Source: Aliivibrio fischeri ES114 (GTDB taxonomy: Bacteria; Pseudomonadota; Gammaproteobacteria; Enterobacterales; Vibrionaceae). Taken from it: a stretch of 32,000 bases of DNA. The stretch is taken from NCBI RefSeq assembly GCF_000011805.1, contig NC_006840.2; one strand, given 5' to 3'. The first letter of the stretch is position 1. The number at the start of each line of letters is the position of its first letter. Under the pieces are notes generated by a model. That model saw only the letters and a program-made list of their open reading frames with translations. It was not told where the DNA came from and did not search any database. Shown in pieces: positions 27,737-32,000 of this stretch. Position numbers and translations under genes: made by a program.

Positions 27737-29125
27737 TTACACAGCAATCCAACTACTTTTCAGCCCGGTTGAGGAATCTTTTCTTTGAATCAAGCCTTTA
27801 TCTCTTAATTTAGAAAATTGGTACGTTACCTTTTCTGTTCGGTCTATACCTGTGAGATCTCGAGCTTGACGATTGTTAATTTCACCATTCGATTCGATGA
27901 ATTTCATGATTAAGGTCTCAGGATCATCATTGGAACTATGCCTTAATATAATCTTCACATAGTTTCCATCCTCCAGAATTTCAGGATCTCGAAGTCCCAT
28001 AGAACGCATACGTTGAAAAGCTGTATTCATGCCTTCACCTAAATCTTTATTTGGGGAGTCTTTATACTTGGATAAAATACGAACAATTTTCGAATTTCGT
28101 GAACATCTATTTTCGAGTATGTTTTCAGCAGTGACGAAACCAGTAAATCGACCTGGACTTTTAAACTCGATTCGGTTGTTGAAAATGCTAACCAACACAT
28201 TATCTGAGATTGCGTAATCACGATGAATAACAGTATTTACTAATATTTCCCAAATAGTTTCTTTCGGGTATTTAGTTTCTACTAATCCCTCTACTTTCCA
28301 TACCTTATTTTTAGATAAAAACAGCTCAATCTTAGAATATGCGTCCTGAATTTGTTGATATAAAGACCCTTCAATCGCGATATTGTCTTCAGTTAAAGCA
28401 TCTCTATCAATATCTTCACCATCTGTATCATAGCGGACAATCCGGATCGCACATTGCTTAGGTAGTTCTGCTGAAGGATTTTCCGCGAACAAAAGTACTG
28501 CAGCAACAGTTGGTGCCCATGTCTCAGAGTCGACCAACTTTTCTTTTAAAAGAAATGTTATAGGATCAGGTGCTCTAATTGGAAGCTCAGATAAGAACTT
28601 TGTAAGCTCAATACTAGAATCAAGCTCGTCTATTGAGGCAGAATTAACAAGAGAATCTTCTTCAGAAATTATTCCTTTCGCATGTGTTAACTCTAAGATC
28701 TTAATTGGCGCGGTTACTGGAAGAGACTGTGCCCCTTGTCGAAGAAAAATTTTTTTCTTCGCTGTTTCATGAACAGATAAACCTTTATTGATCTTAACCC
28801 TTAACACATAGTTCCGAGACTCATTAACTCTTGTTAAAAAATCAAAACGGAAATCAACAGAAGGTACAAGTTCACTCAACGCCTGAATAACCGAGTTATA
28901 AGCTTCTGTTGATTCTTGACCTTGCCATCTTTTTTCAGGAATAACTTCGTCTTTATCATCCGCAATTCCGACAAGTATTTCACCACCATCGGCATTAGCG
29001 AATGCAACAGCAATTTTTTGGACTTTTTCACCTTTTAGTCCAAATGCTTTTCTGTCGAAAAAATGGTCTTCATCTTTAGTACAATAATACAAAGATTCTT
29101 TTTCTTGTAATTCTACGATTTTCAC
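27737..29125 (-). CDS. AlbA_2 (Schlafen-like) + HATPase_c_4 + C-terminal wHTH protein (COG2865 architecture)
   Basis: N-terminal AlbA_2 pattern (E...DRKAFGLKGEKVQKIAVAFANADGGEILVGIADD). HATPase_c_4 pattern (WEILVNTVIHRDYAISDNVLVSIFNNRIEFKSPGRF). C-terminal HTH-like region (INNRQARDLTGIDRTEKVTYQFSKLRDKGLI). GTG start with AGGA 6 nt upstream. Confidence 0.8.
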   Translation of the reverse strand: MKIVELQEKESLYYCTKDEDHFFDRKAFGLKGEKVQKIAVAFANADGGEILVGIADDKDEVIPEKRWQGQESTEAYNSVIQALSELVPSVDFRFDFLTRVNESRNYVLRVKINKGLSVHETAKKKIFLRQGAQSLPVTAPIKILELTHAKGIISEEDSLVNSASIDELDSSIELTKFLSELPIRAPDPITFLLKEKLVDSETWAPTVAAVLLFAENPSAELPKQCAIRIVRYDTDGEDIDRDALTEDNIAIEGSLYQQIQDAYSKIELFLSKNKVWKVEGLVETKYPKETIWEILVNTVIHRDYAISDNVLVSIFNNRIEFKSPGRFTGFVTAENILENRCSRNSKIVRILSKYKDSPNKDLGEGMNTAFQRMRSMGLRDPEILEDGNYVKIILRHSSNDDPETLIMKFIESNGEINNRQARDLTGIDRTEKVTYQFSKLRDKGLIQRKDSSTGLKSSWIAV

Positions 29126-29160
29126 GGTAGTTCCTAATTAATTCACTCTTAAATACTTTG

Positions 29161-30426
29161 TTAAGCATTTCTTTTTGCTTTCTTACTAGCCCTGACTTCA
29201 TCAGCTATTGCTTTTAATGTTACTTCTTGATGCTTCAGGATATGCTGCAAATCATTGATAGGTAAAGTATACTGCTTTCTCATTTCCGATTCTTTATGCG
29301 AAGACTTACTTAATACCTCTTCAGACATACACTCATTTAATTTAATTTGAAAATGTAACTCATGGATACTTGCACTATGCATACGTTTTAATCTGTCATC
29401 TATTACAAGAAAGTTAATTTGATTTAACTTCAATATCTCCGAGAATTTATCATCGAACGAAACAAAGAAAGGCAAAAAAAACGAACCTAAAGCCGTAATT
29501 GTTGACATAGTTTCCAACGTTCGCATATGAGAAATGTCCCACGCCATTCCTTTTAGTGCTGTTTCAATATTTTTTGCAACATCGGCTACCGGACCAAAGA
29601 AACGTACACGCTTTGGTTTTTCTAGAAATTGAAGAGCTACAAGCAATTCATATTTTGGCAGTTTACCCAATTGCAACACACAAAAATCTATTAGTTTACG
29701 AAAGACCTCATCTGGTTTAGCTGGATTTTTTAACCACAAAATAGCTAATTCAAACAATATAATCTGAGTAAAAACAGCCTTATACTCTCGATTTTTAACC
29801 TCTTCATTGGTTACAAAACTTTCGTAATCCTCCTCCGACTCTTTTAGCAACTCTTGCTCGTTACACATGAATTTAGGCTTATAAGGATCTTTTTCAAAAC
29901 TTTCCCAGTCTATATGATCAAGTTTTTTAAAAGCTAAAATAGTGTTTAGGGGGCGAAGGTTTTTATTATCTTCACGTGACAACCTTAAATTCTCGAATAA
30001 AAATGGTACTAGATCCGTCTGAAGTGAGTACTCTTTTTTTAGCTTAATTAAAGTAATGATCCTATCTTGATCTTTCTTATTTATATTTTCATGATTCACA
30101 TAAGCTCTCACACGTTCACCAACATTCGAGTCAAAAGAGAAACTCCAATCGATCGGAACTGAAGATTGCCCACCAGTTAAATGACTTTGAAGAGCCGTAG
30201 AGGCAGAATTAAGGAATACCTTAGGTCCAATAAAAAGAGGTGTTATCCAAGGGGCTTTATTTGTTATATCTTCTAAATTAATATGCAAACCAGCTGCATT
30301 AGATGACTCTGTAGATATAACTGTCCGAATGTAAACTGCATCCTGAGGTCGAGAAATATTCTCCAACCTTTCTAAGTCACCATTTACCAGAATTTCATAA
30401 ATTTCATCTACTACAGGTCTTTCCAT
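29161..30426 (-). CDS. Hypothetical protein (421 aa), no recognisable family; weak PIN-like acidic motif pattern
   Basis: The ATG at 30426 is preceded by GAGGA, whereas the track start at 30525 would begin inside repeat R3. The protein is largely helical. The motifs are WSFSFDSNVG (D99), GMAWDISH (D297) and FFVSFDDKF (D325/D326). Confidence 0.7.
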   Translation of the reverse strand: MERPVVDEIYEILVNGDLERLENISRPQDAVYIRTVISTESSNAAGLHINLEDITNKAPWITPLFIGPKVFLNSASTALQSHLTGGQSSVPIDWSFSFDSNVGERVRAYVNHENINKKDQDRIITLIKLKKEYSLQTDLVPFLFENLRLSREDNKNLRPLNTILAFKKLDHIDWESFEKDPYKPKFMCNEQELLKESEEDYESFVTNEEVKNREYKAVFTQIILFELAILWLKNPAKPDEVFRKLIDFCVLQLGKLPKYELLVALQFLEKPKRVRFFGPVADVAKNIETALKGMAWDISHMRTLETMSTITALGSFFLPFFVSFDDKFSEILKLNQINFLVIDDRLKRMHSASIHELHFQIKLNECMSEEVLSKSSHKESEMRKQYTLPINDLQHILKHQEVTLKAIADEVRASKKAKRNA

Positions 30427-30466
30427 ATTTTCCTCAAACTTTGAAACGCTTAACGCTATGTTAAAA

Positions 30467-30571
30467 TGTAAGCAACGAAATATCGAAACTCCTGCATACC
30501 ACTTTAAACACAAAACGCAGCGCATATAAAAATGCTACGAGTTGCGAATCACTCATAAAAAATTGTTATAT
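30467..30571 (-). repeat. attC-like repeat R3
   Basis: In gene orientation it begins with ATATAAC (RYYYAAC-like) about 20 nt after the downstream ORF stop. The core aligns with R1 and R2. The distal box CGTTGCTTACA (30467-30477) matches R2, with ~21 nt of extra spacer. Confidence 0.55.
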
Positions 30572-30594
30572 TTCTGACTTTACACAGCTTCTTG

Positions 30595-31452
30595 CTATTT
30601 ATGTTTAAAACTTAGCTCATTATTTAGTTTATTTTCCAACGTTTGAACCTGCTTCACCATTGAATCTAGGGTTATCTCAGTTTCCTTAAGCTTCCAGCTA
30701 TTTTCTTCTGGGACACTCCCTTTAATTGCAATACCACTTTCCATCCACTTTATGAGAGTTTTATAGAACCCTAATATGCGCTATTGTTTCAGTATGTAAT
30801 CATCTAAATCGTCTGCCATTACCTGAAAAGGTCTGAATGCGTTATATCCTATGTATACAGCGGTGATAGATCCTTTAGGAAAACTATACATTGACATTAG
30901 TCGACCATTGATTAGCTCAGTTTTAAATAAGGAACGCTTCAACTGAAGCTCACCCACAACACGTACTTCTTCTTCGTAAGACCAATCTTGTGACTTGAAA
31001 AGAAATGTTCTTTTCAATATTTCTTCAGTGTTGTTTAGGAACTCACATTGATAAGAACTGGAATCATTATTTGTAGGCTTAGTTCTTGTATAAATCATAT
31101 CTCCTTTTGACGCTGGTATCACAAACTCATCCGAGTTTAATTGTGAAACTATAGAATCAAACTCAATTACAACACCCTCGTATGAGTTTGTATAATGAGC
31201 CCACATTAAAGGGTTTAGCGGTTCTCTTGTTAAAGATAAAACTCTATGATTTACTCTCGCTTTCAATAGGACTTGGCTTATTGTGGTCATAGCAGCACAA
31301 TCCGAATTATGGCTAGATTCCCATAACCCCGTAGCTCTCCCCTCGAAAGGATAATTAAAGTTATCAATTTGATTGAAACCAATTTTTAATGTTTCAATGA
31401 TTTTTTCAGCAGCACTAAATGAAGTGTACTTATATAACCCATTATGTAATTT
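30595..31452 (-). pseudogene. DUF2971-family gene, apparently disrupted (start-proximal frameshift plus in-frame TAG)
   Basis: The open frame from 31452 translates as KLHNGLYKYTSFSAAEKIIETL...NFNYPFE...LMWAHYTNSYEGVVIEFD, which are DUF2971 hallmarks. It has no in-frame start before 31290. An ATG at 31442 with one missing base would give M-G-L-Y-K-Y. After the TAG at 30781-30783 the same frame continues for 61 more codons to 30595. Confidence 0.55.
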
Positions 31453-31810
31453 CTACGTTTGAACTTTAGTGAAATATAACACTCTCTCTACGACAAAATG
31501 TCTTTTAGTTCCCTACCACATTTGTCGCTAGCTATTCTATTAAGGCATCTCGCCTTTTTCTAGGACTCAAACAAATCAACACTATAAGCTCGTCGGTCGA
31601 TATAGTTCGCTGCTTTCATACTTTGCGACAACCTGTCGCTTTGTGCTGTTAGCTCAAACTCTTCTTGCGCACATCATACCCTTTAATGGGTAGATTTCAT
31701 TTCCTTTTTTCTTGTTTTGCTTATAAGTTCTAATTTTTCATTAAATCCTAACTTATTGATAATATTAACTATAGATAGAAATATTTCTCTTTTACCAATC
31801 ATCAGACACA

Positions 31811-31847
31811 AAAAAACCGAGCAAGTTACCCTGCTCGGCTTTTGAAT
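31811..31847. repeat. Right copy of the ~38-bp direct repeat; terminator hairpin (CCGAGCA-AGTTACCC-TGCTCGG)
   Basis: AAAAAACCGAGCAAGTTACCCTGCTCGGCTTTTGAAT. It serves as the terminator of the partial gene at 31875-32000 and is near-identical to 26255-26292. Confidence 0.75.
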
Positions 31848-31874
31848 TTATGACAATAAAAGTGATTAACTTAT

Positions 31875-32000
31875 TTAGTCTACTTTCTTATCTTGTGGTT
31901 GGTTTTCAGGAAGGTCTTTCACTTCGTGATACCATAAGTCATGGTGCTCTTTTGCCCATGTCTCATCAACATCACCGGTTACCATGCCATCTAGACCCGC
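31875..32000 (-). CDS. 3' end of an unidentified gene (41 codons visible; the rest lies outside the window)
   Basis: Hand-translated: AGLDGMVTGDVDETWAKEHHDLWYHEVKDLPENQPQDKKVD*, with the stop at 31875-31877. It is followed by the hairpin terminator. Product not recognised. Confidence 0.55.
   Translation of the reverse strand, partial: AGLDGMVTGDVDETWAKEHHDLWYHEVKDLPENQPQDKKVD

Larger units (their letters stand above)
26293..31810 (-). mobile_element. Putative accessory island with integron-cassette-like organisation (attC-like repeats, no integrase = CALIN-like)
   Basis: The segment is bracketed by the direct repeats at 26255-26292 and 31811-31847. It contains three attC-like repeats and typical cassette cargo (antitoxin, orphan genes, pseudogene). 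All ORFs are on the minus strand. Confidence 0.4.

Noticed and set aside
30427-30525. Upstream extension of the 421-aa ORF to 30525
   Set aside because: It would start inside attC-like repeat R3 and adds a Cys/hydrophobic junk N-terminus. The ATG at 30426 has a GAGGA ribosome-binding site.
27097-30571. Could the three repeats be a CRISPR array?
   Set aside because: The spacing is 0.5-2.8 kb and filled with ORFs. The repeats are ~75 bp, strongly palindromic and only about 85-90 percent alike by eye. No cas genes are present.
31458-31600. A fourth, longer attC-like site upstream of the DUF2971 unit
   Set aside because: Only a short echo (GATTTGTTTGAG) of the R1-R3 consensus and a different hairpin are present. 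Terminal box pairing is weak. It is kept as a low-confidence idea within the leader-region finding rather than called as a feature.
1-32000. Integrase, transposase, IS element, tRNA or rRNA genes anywhere in the window
   Set aside because: No ORF in the six-frame track has tyrosine- or serine-recombinase or DDE-transposase motifs. I saw no tRNA-like cloverleaf or rRNA-like sequence.

Overview
A+T-rich chromosomal window from a marine gammaproteobacterium. Gene content suggests Vibrionaceae, but that is inference: a 218-aa chromosomal Qnr, chitin-oligosaccharide deacetylases, a PACE exporter, and attC-like repeats. I saw no rRNA, tRNA, CRISPR array, transposase or integrase. Positions 1-26250 are densely packed, mostly minus-strand genes. 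They cover transport (NupC, MATE, PACE, LysE), envelope and chitin metabolism (Slt70, NodB-type deacetylase with a chitin-binding tail, ChbG), and several small-molecule-modifying enzymes (two Maa/LacA-type hexapeptide acetyltransferases, four GNATs, a KNTase-like nucleotidyltransferase). The same stretch also holds Qnr, a secreted S8 subtilase, a TPR-GGDEF diguanylate cyclase and assorted hypotheticals. The most interesting part is about 26255-31847, a ~5.5-kb segment bracketed by two near-identical copies of a terminator-like hairpin. It contains a Nudix gene, a tiny membrane protein, and three ~75-bp imperfect-palindrome repeats. Each repeat abuts the stop codon of a minus-strand ORF, which is integron-cassette (attC-like) architecture with no integrase in view. 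The cassette-like units carry a solitary HigA-like antitoxin, a disrupted DUF2971 gene, and a two-gene unit. That unit pairs a 421-aa protein of no family I recognise (weak PIN-like acidic motifs) with a 462-aa AlbA_2/Schlafen-like + HATPase_c_4 + wHTH protein. I propose it as a candidate undescribed defence or abortive-infection module. All functional calls rest on reading the translated ORFs and remembered family motifs; no database search was run.
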